DNA of 64,000 nucleotides from Clostridium sp. 26_21 (GTDB lineage Bacteria; Bacillota; Clostridia; TANB77; CAG-508): NCBI GenBank assembly GCA_001915995.1, contig MNRO01000022.1, positions 10,546 to 74,545 of the forward strand, read 5' to 3'. Shown piece by piece: positions 48,937 to 58,792 of this stretch (position 1 is its first letter; each line of letters starts with the position of its first letter). The notes under the pieces were generated by a model. It saw only the letters and a program-made list of their open reading frames with translations, ran no database searches and was not told where the DNA came from. The position numbers and the translations under genes were made by a program.

Positions 48937-49824
48937 ATGAAAGACCAAATAATAAAATTTTTAGCATATAATGGAAAAATATCAGTAGTATGTTGTTCAA
49001 CAACAAATCTAGTTGAAAAAGCAAGAATCTTACATGATTTAAGTCCATTATCAACAGCAGCTATGGGAAGAATATTAACAATAACAGCATTAATTGGGTC
49101 TGAAATGAAAAATGAAACAGATAAATTAACAATACAAATAAAAGGAAATGGACCAATAGGAAAAATAGTTGCAGTATCTGACAATAAGCCACATGTTAAA
49201 GCATGTATAACAAATCCACATGCAGATTTACCATTAAATGAATTTGGAAAATTAGATGTAGGTGGAGGAATTGGAAACGAAGGATTTATAAATGTAATAA
49301 AAGATATAGGATTAAAAGAACCATATATAGGAATAAGTCCATTAATTTCAGGAGAAATAGCAGAAGATTTTGCAAATTATTTTGAAACATCTGAACAAAA
49401 ACAAACAGCAGTAGCACTAGGAGTTTTAGTTGATAAAAATGGAGTTAGATCAAGTGGAGGATATATAATATCACCAATGCCAGATGCAACAGATGAAGAA
49501 ATTTCAAAAATAGAAAAATCAATTTTTGAAGCAGGTGCAATGTCAAAAATGTTAGATCAAAATTTAACATTAAAAGAAATAGCACAAAAAATAACAGGTG
49601 ATAAAAATGTTAAAATAATAGATAGTTCAATAGAACCAGAATATGAATGTGGATGTAGTAAAGAAAAATTCGCAGGAAGTTTAGCAACACTAGGAGAAAA
49701 ACAATTAAAAGAAATAATAGAAGAAGATGGAAAAGCAGAAATAAAATGTCAATTTTGTAATAAAATATATCAATTTAATAAAGAAGAATTAGAACAAATC
49801 TTGAAAGAAGCAAAGAGTAAATAA
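48937..49824 (+). CDS. hslO: redox-regulated chaperone Hsp33
   Basis: C-terminal CGCS...CQFC zinc centre. Confidence 0.9.
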   Translation: MKDQIIKFLAYNGKISVVCCSTTNLVEKARILHDLSPLSTAAMGRILTITALIGSEMKNETDKLTIQIKGNGPIGKIVAVSDNKPHVKACITNPHADLPLNEFGKLDVGGGIGNEGFINVIKDIGLKEPYIGISPLISGEIAEDFANYFETSEQKQTAVALGVLVDKNGVRSSGGYIISPMPDATDEEISKIEKSIFEAGAMSKMLDQNLTLKEIAQKITGDKNVKIIDSSIEPEYECGCSKEKFAGSLATLGEKQLKEIIEEDGKAEIKCQFCNKIYQFNKEELEQILKEAKSK

Positions 49825-49857
49825 AATATAATAATAATCAGAAAGGAAGAAGAAAAA

Positions 49858-50775
49858 ATGGAAAAAATATTAGTATTTGGACACAAAAATCCAGACACAG
49901 ATGCAATATGTTCAAGTTTAGTAATGGCAGATTTACAAACAAAAATTAAAGGAGAAAAAGTTATTTCATGTAGATTAGGAAATTTAAATGAAGAAACAAA
50001 ATATGCATTAAACTATTTTAAAGTAGAAGAACCACAATTAATTGAAAAAGTAGAAGAAGGACAAAGAGTAATATTAGTAGATCATAACGAATTTACTCAA
50101 TCAGTAGAAGGAATAGAAAATGCAAAAATAGAAGCAGTTGTAGATCATCATAGAATAAACAATTTTAAAACTTCAGAACCATTATTCTATTATGCTCAAC
50201 CAGTAGGATGTACTTCAACAGTATTATTTGAATTATATAATACAAACAATATAAAAATAGAACCACAAATTGCTGGGTTAATGTTAAGTGCAATAATATC
50301 TGACACATTATTATTAAAATCACCTACAACAACAGATAAAGATAAAAAAGCTGTTGCAGAACTTGTAAATATTGCAGGTGTAGATTTAAGTAAATATGGT
50401 TTAGATATGTTAAAAGCAGGAACAAATCTTGATAAATACACAGAAAAAGAATTAATAAACTTAGATGCAAAAACAATGGAAAAAGAAGATATAAAATACA
50501 TAATAGCACAAGTAAATACAGTAAGTATTCCAGATGTATTAAAAAGAAAAGAAAAAATTGAAACTGAAATGAATAAAGAGATTGAAGAAAAAGGATTGTG
50601 TTTATTTGTATTTGTTATTACAGACATAGTAAACAGTAATTCAACAGCAATAGTATTAGGAAATAGAACAGATGCAATATCAAAAACATATGAAATTAAT
50701 AAAAACCTAGCTGAGATGCCAGGTGTTGTTTCAAGAAAGAAACAAGTATTACCACTAGTTGAAAAAAATATGTAA
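49858..50775 (+). CDS. ppaC: manganese-dependent inorganic pyrophosphatase (family II, DHH)
   Basis: VFGHKNPDTDAICS and DHH motif VDHH. Confidence 0.9.
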   Translation: MEKILVFGHKNPDTDAICSSLVMADLQTKIKGEKVISCRLGNLNEETKYALNYFKVEEPQLIEKVEEGQRVILVDHNEFTQSVEGIENAKIEAVVDHHRINNFKTSEPLFYYAQPVGCTSTVLFELYNTNNIKIEPQIAGLMLSAIISDTLLLKSPTTTDKDKKAVAELVNIAGVDLSKYGLDMLKAGTNLDKYTEKELINLDAKTMEKEDIKYIIAQVNTVSIPDVLKRKEKIETEMNKEIEEKGLCLFVFVITDIVNSNSTAIVLGNRTDAISKTYEINKNLAEMPGVVSRKKQVLPLVEKNM

Positions 50776-50798
50776 AAATTTTCAGAAAAGTGAAACAA

Positions 50799-50851
50799 AA
50801 TAGACACAAAAATTGTCTAATATAAAGAAGACAATTTTTGTGTCTATTTTT
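50799..50851 (+). terminator. ppaC terminator
   Basis: 20-bp perfect stem AATAGACACAAAAATTGTCT / AGACAATTTTTGTGTCTATT followed by a T-run. Confidence 0.75.
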
Positions 50852-50967
50852 GTCGTAAAATTAAGCAAATATTAAGAAACAAGAGAACTACATAATTTGA
50901 CAAATATTTTTTAAAATGATATAATTAAAAAGGCGTTGAATAAATGCCATGAAAGGAATGTGAGGTA

Positions 50968-51840
50968 ATGGAAAAAGTAAGATTTACAGTTGCTATTAGT
51001 GCTTACAATATAGAAGAATATGTAAAAAGAGCAATTGATAGTGTGTTAAATCAAACATTCAAAAATTACGAATTATTGGTAATAGATGATTGTTCAACAG
51101 ATTCAACAGTGAAAATAATAAAAGAAACAATTGGAAAAAAAGGAAGATTATTGCAAACGCCGAAAAACTCAGGAACAGCTGCAGCCTCAAGGAACATAGC
51201 AATAGAAAATGCACAAGGAGAATATCTTTTATTTTTAGACGGAGATGATGAACTCTTTAGTGAAAATACATTAGCAGAAATAGATCAACATATAGGAAAA
51301 AATAAATATGATATTATATATTTAGGATATGAAAATGTTGGACATACAGAAAATTATTATAGAATATCAACAAAAGAAAACTCAACAAGAAAAGCAAGAT
51401 TAATATGTGATGAAAGTTTCTCAGTTTCTAGTAAAGTATGGAATGTGAAATTCTTAAAAGAAAATAGTATAAAATTCAAAGAAGGAATGTATTATGAAGA
51501 TGAATTATTTTCAATAAAAAGTAATATATTATCACAAAAAACAACATATGGAGAATTTCCAATATTCAAATATCACAGAAATCGTGAAGGAAGTGTTATG
51601 ACAAAACCAACTGTAAAGAAATGTTCAGATTGGTATAGAATGTTAGCAGAAGTAACAGATTTGTATGAAATAACACCAGATGAAGATAGAAAATATTTAT
51701 TAAGTTTTTTAAAAAATGAAAGTGATAGTATTCCATTAAGAGTAGAAAATATAATAGAAGCATTAAGAGAAAATAGAAAAACAAAAGTATTGCCAAAAAG
51801 AAATTATAAATTTATAGATGTATTAAATGATGAAGAGTAG
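50968..51840 (+). CDS. family-2 glycosyltransferase
   Basis: FTVAISAYNIEEYVKRAIDSVLNQT ... DDCSTD ... DGDD. Confidence 0.8.
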   Translation: MEKVRFTVAISAYNIEEYVKRAIDSVLNQTFKNYELLVIDDCSTDSTVKIIKETIGKKGRLLQTPKNSGTAAASRNIAIENAQGEYLLFLDGDDELFSENTLAEIDQHIGKNKYDIIYLGYENVGHTENYYRISTKENSTRKARLICDESFSVSSKVWNVKFLKENSIKFKEGMYYEDELFSIKSNILSQKTTYGEFPIFKYHRNREGSVMTKPTVKKCSDWYRMLAEVTDLYEITPDEDRKYLLSFLKNESDSIPLRVENIIEALRENRKTKVLPKRNYKFIDVLNDEE

Positions 51841-51939
51841 CTTTATAGCTACTTTTTATTATGAAAAAGACATTGAAATTATGTAAATAATATGTTATAC
51901 TATTTTATGTAGAAAATTGTAGAATTAAAGGAGAAATAG

Positions 51940-52908
51940 ATGAAAAAAGCAGTATTAATGGGAGTACCACATCATAATAATTTAGGAGATCATGCAATAG
52001 TATTAGCAGAAAGAGAATATATAGAAGATAATTTTAAAGAATATCAATATTATGAAGTATCAGAAGAAACAGCTGAAAAATGCTTAGAAAAAGTAGAAAA
52101 ACATATACATCCAGATGATATATTATTTTTACATGGAGGAGGAAATTTAGGAGATGAGTATTTATATGTAGAAGAAGCAAGAAGAAAAGTAGTACAATTA
52201 TTTCCCAATAATATAATCATATTTTTTCCGCAAACAATGCATTTTAGTAATACTGAAAAAGGAAGAAAAGAACTTGAAAAAAGTAGAAAAATATATGCAA
52301 ATCATAAGAAAATAGTTTTGGTAGCAAGAGAAGAAGTATCATATCAATCAATGAAAAAAGAATTTGCTAAAAATAATGTAATAAAAACACCAGATATAGT
52401 AACATATTTAAATAAAAATGGAATTGATCAAAAAAGAGATGGAGCATTATTAATTTTAAGAAGTGATATAGAAGCAAATTTAGATGATGAAAAAATAAAA
52501 CAAATAGAACAAATAACAATGAAATATTTTAAAGATGTAGTATATGATGACACCGCTAAAGGACCTGGAATATTATCAAAATATAGAGAAGAAAAAATAG
52601 AAGAAATGTTAAAAAAATATAGGAGATGTCAGCTAGTAATTACAGATAGATTACACGGAATGATATTTGCTACAATAACAAGTACACCATGTATTGCATT
52701 AGGAAATTATAATCATAAAATAGAATCATGTAGTAAAACTTTAGAACATTTAGGATATATAAAATATGTAAAAAATATTGAAGAAATAGAAGAAAATATA
52801 AAATATCTAATGTCAAATAAATTTGAAAAATATGATAACCAATTTGCTTTAGAACAATTTAAACAAATAAAGGAAGAAACATTGAAATTATTTAATAAAG
52901 GAAAATAA
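51940..52908 (+). CDS. polysaccharide pyruvyl transferase (CsaB/WcaK family)
   Basis: N-terminal HHNNLGDHAI and C-terminal ITDRLHGMIFA motifs. Confidence 0.75.
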   Translation: MKKAVLMGVPHHNNLGDHAIVLAEREYIEDNFKEYQYYEVSEETAEKCLEKVEKHIHPDDILFLHGGGNLGDEYLYVEEARRKVVQLFPNNIIIFFPQTMHFSNTEKGRKELEKSRKIYANHKKIVLVAREEVSYQSMKKEFAKNNVIKTPDIVTYLNKNGIDQKRDGALLILRSDIEANLDDEKIKQIEQITMKYFKDVVYDDTAKGPGILSKYREEKIEEMLKKYRRCQLVITDRLHGMIFATITSTPCIALGNYNHKIESCSKTLEHLGYIKYVKNIEEIEENIKYLMSNKFEKYDNQFALEQFKQIKEETLKLFNKGK

Positions 52909-52909
52909 T

Positions 52910-53524
52910 ATGAGAACAAGATTATTTATAGTTAGACATACTGAAACTATAGGAAATATTGAAAAAAGGTTAACAGGACGAAAAGATTATGAAATAACTG
53001 AAAATGGACAAATATTAATTCAAAAATTAACTAAAGAATTAGAAAATATAAAATTTGATAAAATATATTCTAGTACATCAGGTAGAGCAATAAAAACAGT
53101 AGAACAAATAGCAAAAAAACAGAATTTAAAAATAAAAGAATCTGATGAATTATGTGAGATGTATTTTGGAATATATGATGGTTGGAAATGGGAAGATGTA
53201 AATAAAATACAACCAGAAATAAAGCAAACACAAAATGAAATAAATGAAATAGTTGGTATTCCAAAACAAGAAACCATGGAAGAAACAGCAAATAGAATAT
53301 ATGATTATATTTTAAGAATTTTAAAAGATAATGAAGGAAAAACAATATTAGTAAGTTCACATGGAATAGCAATAGAAGCATTTTTAAGAAAAATAGAAAA
53401 TGTAAAATTTAGATATGAAAGAGAAAAATTTTGCCAACATAATGTTGCAATAAATGAATTAGAGTATGAAAATAATAAATTCAAAATAATCAGATTAGCA
53501 GATATAGAATATTTAAGAAAATAA
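52910..53524 (+). CDS. histidine phosphatase family protein (phosphoglycerate-mutase-like)
   Basis: LFIVRHTET catalytic RHG-type motif. The second His lies in SSHG. Confidence 0.7.
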   Translation: MRTRLFIVRHTETIGNIEKRLTGRKDYEITENGQILIQKLTKELENIKFDKIYSSTSGRAIKTVEQIAKKQNLKIKESDELCEMYFGIYDGWKWEDVNKIQPEIKQTQNEINEIVGIPKQETMEETANRIYDYILRILKDNEGKTILVSSHGIAIEAFLRKIENVKFRYEREKFCQHNVAINELEYENNKFKIIRLADIEYLRK

Positions 53525-53553
53525 AGTTTTAAATTAGAAGGGATACAAAAGCA

Positions 53554-54492
53554 ATGGAAGAAGATTTAATATCAATAGTAATACCTGTTTATAAAGTAGA
53601 AAAATATCTAGAAAAATGTATAGAAAGTGTTTTAAAACAAACATATACTAATTTACAAATTATATTAGTTGATGATGGGTCACCAGATAATTGTGGTAAA
53701 ATTTGTGATGAGTATGCTAAGAGAGATTCAAGAATAGATGTAATACATAAAGTTAATGGAGGATTATCAGAAGCTAGAAATGTTGGAATAAGTAAAGCAA
53801 AAGGAAGATATATTGGATTTGTTGACAGTGATGATTATATTAAAGAAAATATGTATGAAATATTATTGAATTTAATAAAAAAATATAATGCAGATGCTAG
53901 TATATGTAACTTATATGATGTAATAGAAGGCAAAGAATATATAAGAAATAAAAATAATGGAATTCAAGAATATAGTAGATTAGATATTTTAAAAGAAGTT
54001 CTACTAGATAAAAATATTCAGAGTTATGCATGGAATAAATTATATAAAAAAGAATTATTTGATGAAGTAAAATATCCAATTGGAAAAAAATATGAAGATA
54101 TAGGAACAACATTTTATATATTTGAAAAATGTAATAAAATAGTAGTTACATCAGAGCCAGAATATTATTATTTAAAGAGGTCTGACAGCTTAGTTAATAA
54201 TGTTACAGAAAGTACAGTATTTGATTATATGGAATTAATTCTTCAAAGATATTTATATATAAATGATAATATAAAGGAATTAAAACAATATAATGATTAT
54301 TATTTAGTAAGAACTTTATTAACTGCTAATAATGATATAAAAGAATTAAAACAAATTGAGGAAAAAACAAAACAAAAATATAATGAATTATATAATATAT
54401 CTAAAGAAATTCTAAGAACAAATTATAGTAATCTAAAAAAATTTTTTACAGAAGAACAAAATGAAAAAATTATATGGATAATAAATAATTAA
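53554..54492 (+). CDS. family-2 glycosyltransferase
   Basis: ISIVIPVYKVEKYLEKCIESVLKQTY ... DDGSPD ... DSDD. Confidence 0.8.
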   Translation: MEEDLISIVIPVYKVEKYLEKCIESVLKQTYTNLQIILVDDGSPDNCGKICDEYAKRDSRIDVIHKVNGGLSEARNVGISKAKGRYIGFVDSDDYIKENMYEILLNLIKKYNADASICNLYDVIEGKEYIRNKNNGIQEYSRLDILKEVLLDKNIQSYAWNKLYKKELFDEVKYPIGKKYEDIGTTFYIFEKCNKIVVTSEPEYYYLKRSDSLVNNVTESTVFDYMELILQRYLYINDNIKELKQYNDYYLVRTLLTANNDIKELKQIEEKTKQKYNELYNISKEILRTNYSNLKKFFTEEQNEKIIWIINN

Positions 54493-54568
54493 CATAAAAT
54501 TGTTGAAAAAAATATATTAAAGTGATATAATAGAAGCTATTAAAAACCATAAGGAGGTTTTGTATATT

Positions 54569-55444
54569 ATGGTTAAACGGTTGAGTAGCTTCTTTTTTTC
54601 GTTCCTTCTTTTGGGCTTGTTGACAGTAAATGCTCTGGCAACAGAAACACCAGATAGTGCAGTGGAAATTGTTGAACAACAAGTAACTGATGAAGTTAGT
54701 GTTGAACAGCAAATTGAAACTGAGGCAGAAGGAAGTGAGCAGTCTCAAGAACTTATTGGAGGTGTCATAAAAGCAAACAATGTAATTGTCAGAAACGGGC
54801 CTACGAGAGAAACAGAAAAAATTTGTGCACTTGAAAAAGGGACACAAGTTGTAATTATTCAAGGTAGTGAAGTTGAAAATCTTGATGAATTTGGAAATAG
54901 AATAAAAATTAAGATTGGAGATGTAGAAGGATATATTGCAAAAAAATATCTTTATACTGAAGAAGAATTACAACAAATTGAAGATGCCAAAAAAGGAGAA
55001 TGGCAATTATTGAGTACTGCGACTACACAAGCTAGTGCTAATAGCAATAGAGATGTAAACATTAGTATAGCATCAAACTATATTAATGAGAAAATTTTGC
55101 AACCTAATGAACAATTTTCTTTCTGGGATACTGTAGGAAAATGCACATATGCAAAAGGTTACAAAGATGCAACAGTATATGCAAATGGCAAGAAAACAAC
55201 TGGAATTGGTGGAGGTGTATGTCAAGTATCAACTACTGTAAATATTGCTGCTAAAAATGCAGGAATTGCAACAAAAGCAAAACAACATTCTTTACCTGTT
55301 AGTTATGCATCTCGTGAAAATGAAGCAACAGTCTCTTATGGAAATCAGGACTTCAAATTTACAAATACAACAGGAAAAGTAATCAAACTTGTAATGACTT
55401 CTGGAAAAGGAGCATGTACATGTGAAATTTGGATGCAAAATTAA
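54569..55444 (+). CDS. VanW-family secreted protein with N-terminal SH3-like domain
   Basis: Signal peptide and the GGGVCQVSTT VanW core. ATG 54569 lies 11 nt after an AAGGAGG ribosome-binding site. Confidence 0.7.
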   Translation: MVKRLSSFFFSFLLLGLLTVNALATETPDSAVEIVEQQVTDEVSVEQQIETEAEGSEQSQELIGGVIKANNVIVRNGPTRETEKICALEKGTQVVIIQGSEVENLDEFGNRIKIKIGDVEGYIAKKYLYTEEELQQIEDAKKGEWQLLSTATTQASANSNRDVNISIASNYINEKILQPNEQFSFWDTVGKCTYAKGYKDATVYANGKKTTGIGGGVCQVSTTVNIAAKNAGIATKAKQHSLPVSYASRENEATVSYGNQDFKFTNTTGKVIKLVMTSGKGACTCEIWMQN

Positions 55445-55472
55445 CCAAATGTATCAACTAAATTAACCAAGG

Positions 55473-55506
55473 TAGAATGAGTCATTGACTCATTCTATCT
55501 ATTTTT
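55473..55506 (+). terminator. rho-independent terminator
   Basis: TAGAATGAGTCA / TGACTCATTCTA stem followed by T5. Confidence 0.65.
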
Positions 55507-55537
55507 AAAAGAAAAACAAAAAAAAGTAAAAAAACCC

Positions 55538-55566
55538 TTGACAAAGAAAAAAACGAATAGTATAAT
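55538..55566 (+). promoter_or_regulatory. tRNA-Tyr promoter TTGACA-N17-TATAAT
   Basis: Perfect consensus hexamers with a 17-nt spacer, ~18 nt upstream of the tRNA 5' end. Confidence 0.65.
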
Positions 55567-55584
55567 AAGAAAGCATTAAGCAAT

Positions 55585-55670
55585 GGACAGATGGCCGAGT
55601 GGCTAAAGGCGGCAGACTGTAAATCTGTTCTCATATGAGTACGATGGTTCGAATCCATCTCTGTCCACCA
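55585..55670 (+). tRNA. tRNA-Tyr (GTA anticodon), class II with long variable arm, encoded CCA
   Basis: Acceptor stem GGACAGA/TCTGTCC, anticodon loop gaCTGTAAatc, T-arm GGTTCGAATCC, 3' ACCA. Confidence 0.9.
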
Positions 55671-55677
55671 TAGAAAA

Positions 55678-55710
55678 ATATATAAACTTAACAGTTTATA
55701 TATTTTTTTT
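55678..55710 (+). terminator. tRNA terminator
   Basis: ATATATAAAC-ttaaca-GTTTATATAT followed by T8. Confidence 0.65.
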
Positions 55711-55794
55711 TATAAAAATAATATATATAGCTTTACAAATAAATAAAAAAATTATATACTAATAAAGAAAAAACTAATGAGGAGGATAAAGAAA

Positions 55795-57123
55795 GTGAAA
55801 AATAGAAGAGGGGTAACATTAATAGCACTTGCAGTAACAATAATAGTAATATTAATTTTAGCAGGTGTAACTATTTCAACACTAAATGGAAGTACGAGTA
55901 TTACTAAAAATGCAGAAAAAGCTAGAAGAGAATCAGAACTAGGAAGAGTTGTAGAAAAAATAAATGTAAAAGTAAGTGAAAATCAAATAAAAAATGATTT
56001 AGCAGATCAAGTAGAAATGCTAGTAGAAGATGGATATATATTAGAAGATGGAACTATAGATGTAAACACAGTATTAGATGGACAAACAACAGATTATGGA
56101 ACAGGAACAGAAAATAATATTTTTATAATAGAAGGAAATAAAGTAATATATATAGACGAAAAAGGAAATAGAGTATCAGAAAAAGAAGTAAATATAGATA
56201 CAAATGATAGCAGTTTTAACTTTAGTAGAGGTGGAAAAAGTTTTATAACAAGATGGAATGTAAGTGCAGGAGATATATTTGAATTACCAATAGCAATAGG
56301 ATATACAAATGATAACAATTTTATTGTTGACTGGGGAGATGGAACACCAGAAGAAACAATAGATGATAGAGAAACACCATTAACAGAAAGACCAAGTCAT
56401 ACATATAGTCAAGCAGGTGAGTTTGATATAAAAATAACAGGACATTTTAATTATTTTACATTAACAATAGGTAATTTTAACGAAACCAAACAAGATCAAA
56501 TAAAAAAATTAATAAAAATAGTTTCATGGGGAGAAGTTGATGCATATGAATACGGATTTTCAAATGCAATAAACTTAACAGAGATAGCAATACCAACTAA
56601 AAAAACTTTTATAAATTATAATGATACTGGATTTAAATATATGTTTTCAGGATGTACTGGTTTAAAAAGAATACCAAATAAATTATTCCAATATGCCAAT
56701 AATGCAAAGTCATTTAAAGGAACATTTGATAGTTGTACAAGTTTAAAAACAATACCAGAAAACTTATTTGAAAAAAATACAGAAGTTGAAAGTTTTGAAG
56801 CAACATTTGCATATTGTTCTGGACTAACAGAAGTTCCAAGCAATTTATTTGCAAATGCAGAAAAAGTAATAAGTTATAAAAAAACATTTACAAGTTGTGA
56901 AAACATTGGAGTGGTTTCAGAAAATTTATTTGATAATTCACCAAATGCAACAAATTTTGAAAAAACATTTTATGAATGTCATAATTTAACAAATGGGCCT
57001 AAGATATGGGAAAGAGAAAATGCAAGCCAAATTTCAGGTACACCTACACCAAGCACATATGCATATTGTGAAAATTTTAATAAAACAGGATTATCAAATT
57101 CAATAATTAATAAATTTTTCTAA
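55795..57123 (+). CDS. surface protein with prepilin-like leader (MKNRRG|VTLIALAV) and DUF285/BspA-type leucine-rich repeats
   Basis: GTG 55795 lies 9 nt after a GAGGAGG ribosome-binding site; the track's ATG 55777 overlaps that site. Repeats of the FxxCxxLxxIPxxLF...TF type. Confidence 0.6.
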   Translation: MKNRRGVTLIALAVTIIVILILAGVTISTLNGSTSITKNAEKARRESELGRVVEKINVKVSENQIKNDLADQVEMLVEDGYILEDGTIDVNTVLDGQTTDYGTGTENNIFIIEGNKVIYIDEKGNRVSEKEVNIDTNDSSFNFSRGGKSFITRWNVSAGDIFELPIAIGYTNDNNFIVDWGDGTPEETIDDRETPLTERPSHTYSQAGEFDIKITGHFNYFTLTIGNFNETKQDQIKKLIKIVSWGEVDAYEYGFSNAINLTEIAIPTKKTFINYNDTGFKYMFSGCTGLKRIPNKLFQYANNAKSFKGTFDSCTSLKTIPENLFEKNTEVESFEATFAYCSGLTEVPSNLFANAEKVISYKKTFTSCENIGVVSENLFDNSPNATNFEKTFYECHNLTNGPKIWERENASQISGTPTPSTYAYCENFNKTGLSNSIINKFF

Positions 57124-57135
57124 AGTGAGGGAAAA

Positions 57136-58683
57136 ATGATAAAAAATAAAATAAAGATTATAACAGTATTAATGATACTAATGGTTTTAAAACCATTAGT
57201 ATCATTTGCAAATGGAATAACAGAAGAAGATATAACAATAGATAAAAATCCAGATAGAGGTTTTTATAAATTAGTGCAAAGAGAATTGCAAACAAATGAA
57301 GAAAACTTTTCAAATTTTGAAGAAGAAATAAAATCAATTGAAACAAGATATCCAGAAATTTCATTAATTTCATTTCAACTTAATTTAATAAACTATGTAA
57401 ATGGAACAACAAAAATATCTACTTCAAAAGTAAATGATATAAATAAATATTTTTCAATTATGAGAGAACATGGATATAAGGTAATATTTAGAGTAGTTTA
57501 TGATAGTAAAGGTCAAAAGAATCCTGAACCAGAATTTAATATAATATTAAGTCAAATAGAAGATTTAAGAGGAGTATATACAACAAATGAAGATATAATT
57601 TTTGTTGTAGAAGCAGGATATTTAGGCTCATATGGAGAATGGCATGATGGAAAATATGATAAAAATATAACAAATAAAAATCAGATTATAAAAAAATTAT
57701 TAGAAGTAGTTCCAGAAAAAATTCAAATAAATTTGAGAAAGCCAATGGTTATAACAGATTACATTGGGAGTAAAAATACAATAACAGAAATTAATGCATA
57801 TTCAAATGAAGAAATAGCAAGATTAGGATTACATAATGATGGATATTTGGCTTCAGAAACAGATTTAGGTACATTCGAGAAGAATGAAAGAGAAGAAAAT
57901 TTAAGATGGCAAAGTGAACAAACTAAATATACTGCATTTGGTGGAGAAGTACAAAATAAAAATAGTTCATACAATGATTTAAATAATGCAATAAAAGATA
58001 TGTTTAATAGACATTGCAATTATTTGAATAGAACATATGACAATGAAGTAAAAGAAAAGTGGGCTAATACAAAATATAATGGAGATGATAAAAAATACAT
58101 TGGGCAAACTGGAATGACATATATAAAAAATCATTTAGGATATAGACTGTTATTAAAAGAAGTAGATATAAAAGGAAATAAAACAAATGAATCTGCAAAT
58201 ACATCAATTACAATTAACAATATTGGTTTTGGAAATATAGTTGTTCCTAAAAAAGTTAGTTTAATATATAAAAATGAAAAAAATAGTTATGAAATAGAAA
58301 CAGATATAGATATTAGAAAAAAATTACAAAATAATATGTATAATTTACAAATAGATACAAAGTTACCATATAACATGGAAGAAGGAAACTATGAAGTTTA
58401 TTTAAAAATAGGTGAAATATATGACACATTAAAAAGTAATTCGAACTACTATATAAAATTAGTAAATAAAGGTATTTGGAATGAAGAAATATATGCAAAT
58501 TATATAGGAAATGTTATTATAGAAAAAGGAAATAATCAAATTGATATAAAAGAAGAAAAAAATAAAACTGAGAATTTGCAACTTTTAAGTTTAATAAAAA
58601 TATTAATAATTGGAGTTATAATTTTAATAATAGCGTTAATAGTAATTAATAATATGCAAAATAAAAGAAAAAACAATAATTAA
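57136..58683 (+). CDS. secreted glycoside-hydrolase-like protein (DUF4874/DUF4832-like TIM-barrel) with C-terminal TM anchor
   Basis: Signal peptide, a C-terminal hydrophobic helix followed by KRKNNN, and an EAGYLGSYGEWH region. Confidence 0.5.
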   Translation: MIKNKIKIITVLMILMVLKPLVSFANGITEEDITIDKNPDRGFYKLVQRELQTNEENFSNFEEEIKSIETRYPEISLISFQLNLINYVNGTTKISTSKVNDINKYFSIMREHGYKVIFRVVYDSKGQKNPEPEFNIILSQIEDLRGVYTTNEDIIFVVEAGYLGSYGEWHDGKYDKNITNKNQIIKKLLEVVPEKIQINLRKPMVITDYIGSKNTITEINAYSNEEIARLGLHNDGYLASETDLGTFEKNEREENLRWQSEQTKYTAFGGEVQNKNSSYNDLNNAIKDMFNRHCNYLNRTYDNEVKEKWANTKYNGDDKKYIGQTGMTYIKNHLGYRLLLKEVDIKGNKTNESANTSITINNIGFGNIVVPKKVSLIYKNEKNSYEIETDIDIRKKLQNNMYNLQIDTKLPYNMEEGNYEVYLKIGEIYDTLKSNSNYYIKLVNKGIWNEEIYANYIGNVIIEKGNNQIDIKEEKNKTENLQLLSLIKILIIGVIILIIALIVINNMQNKRKNNN

Positions 58684-58792
58684 AAAATTATTAAAAATAT
58701 TGCAAAAAACATTAAAACATAGTATAATATAAAAGGCAAAAAAATACAATATAGTTAATAAGAAGAAAAATTAAAGAAAAGAGAGATGTAAA

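Noticed and set aside
55777-55794. ATG at 55777 (MRRIKKV...) as the start of the LRR protein
   Set aside because: Its first codons overlap the GAGGAGG ribosome-binding site itself. GTG 55795, 9 nt downstream of that site, gives a classic short basic prepilin-type leader.
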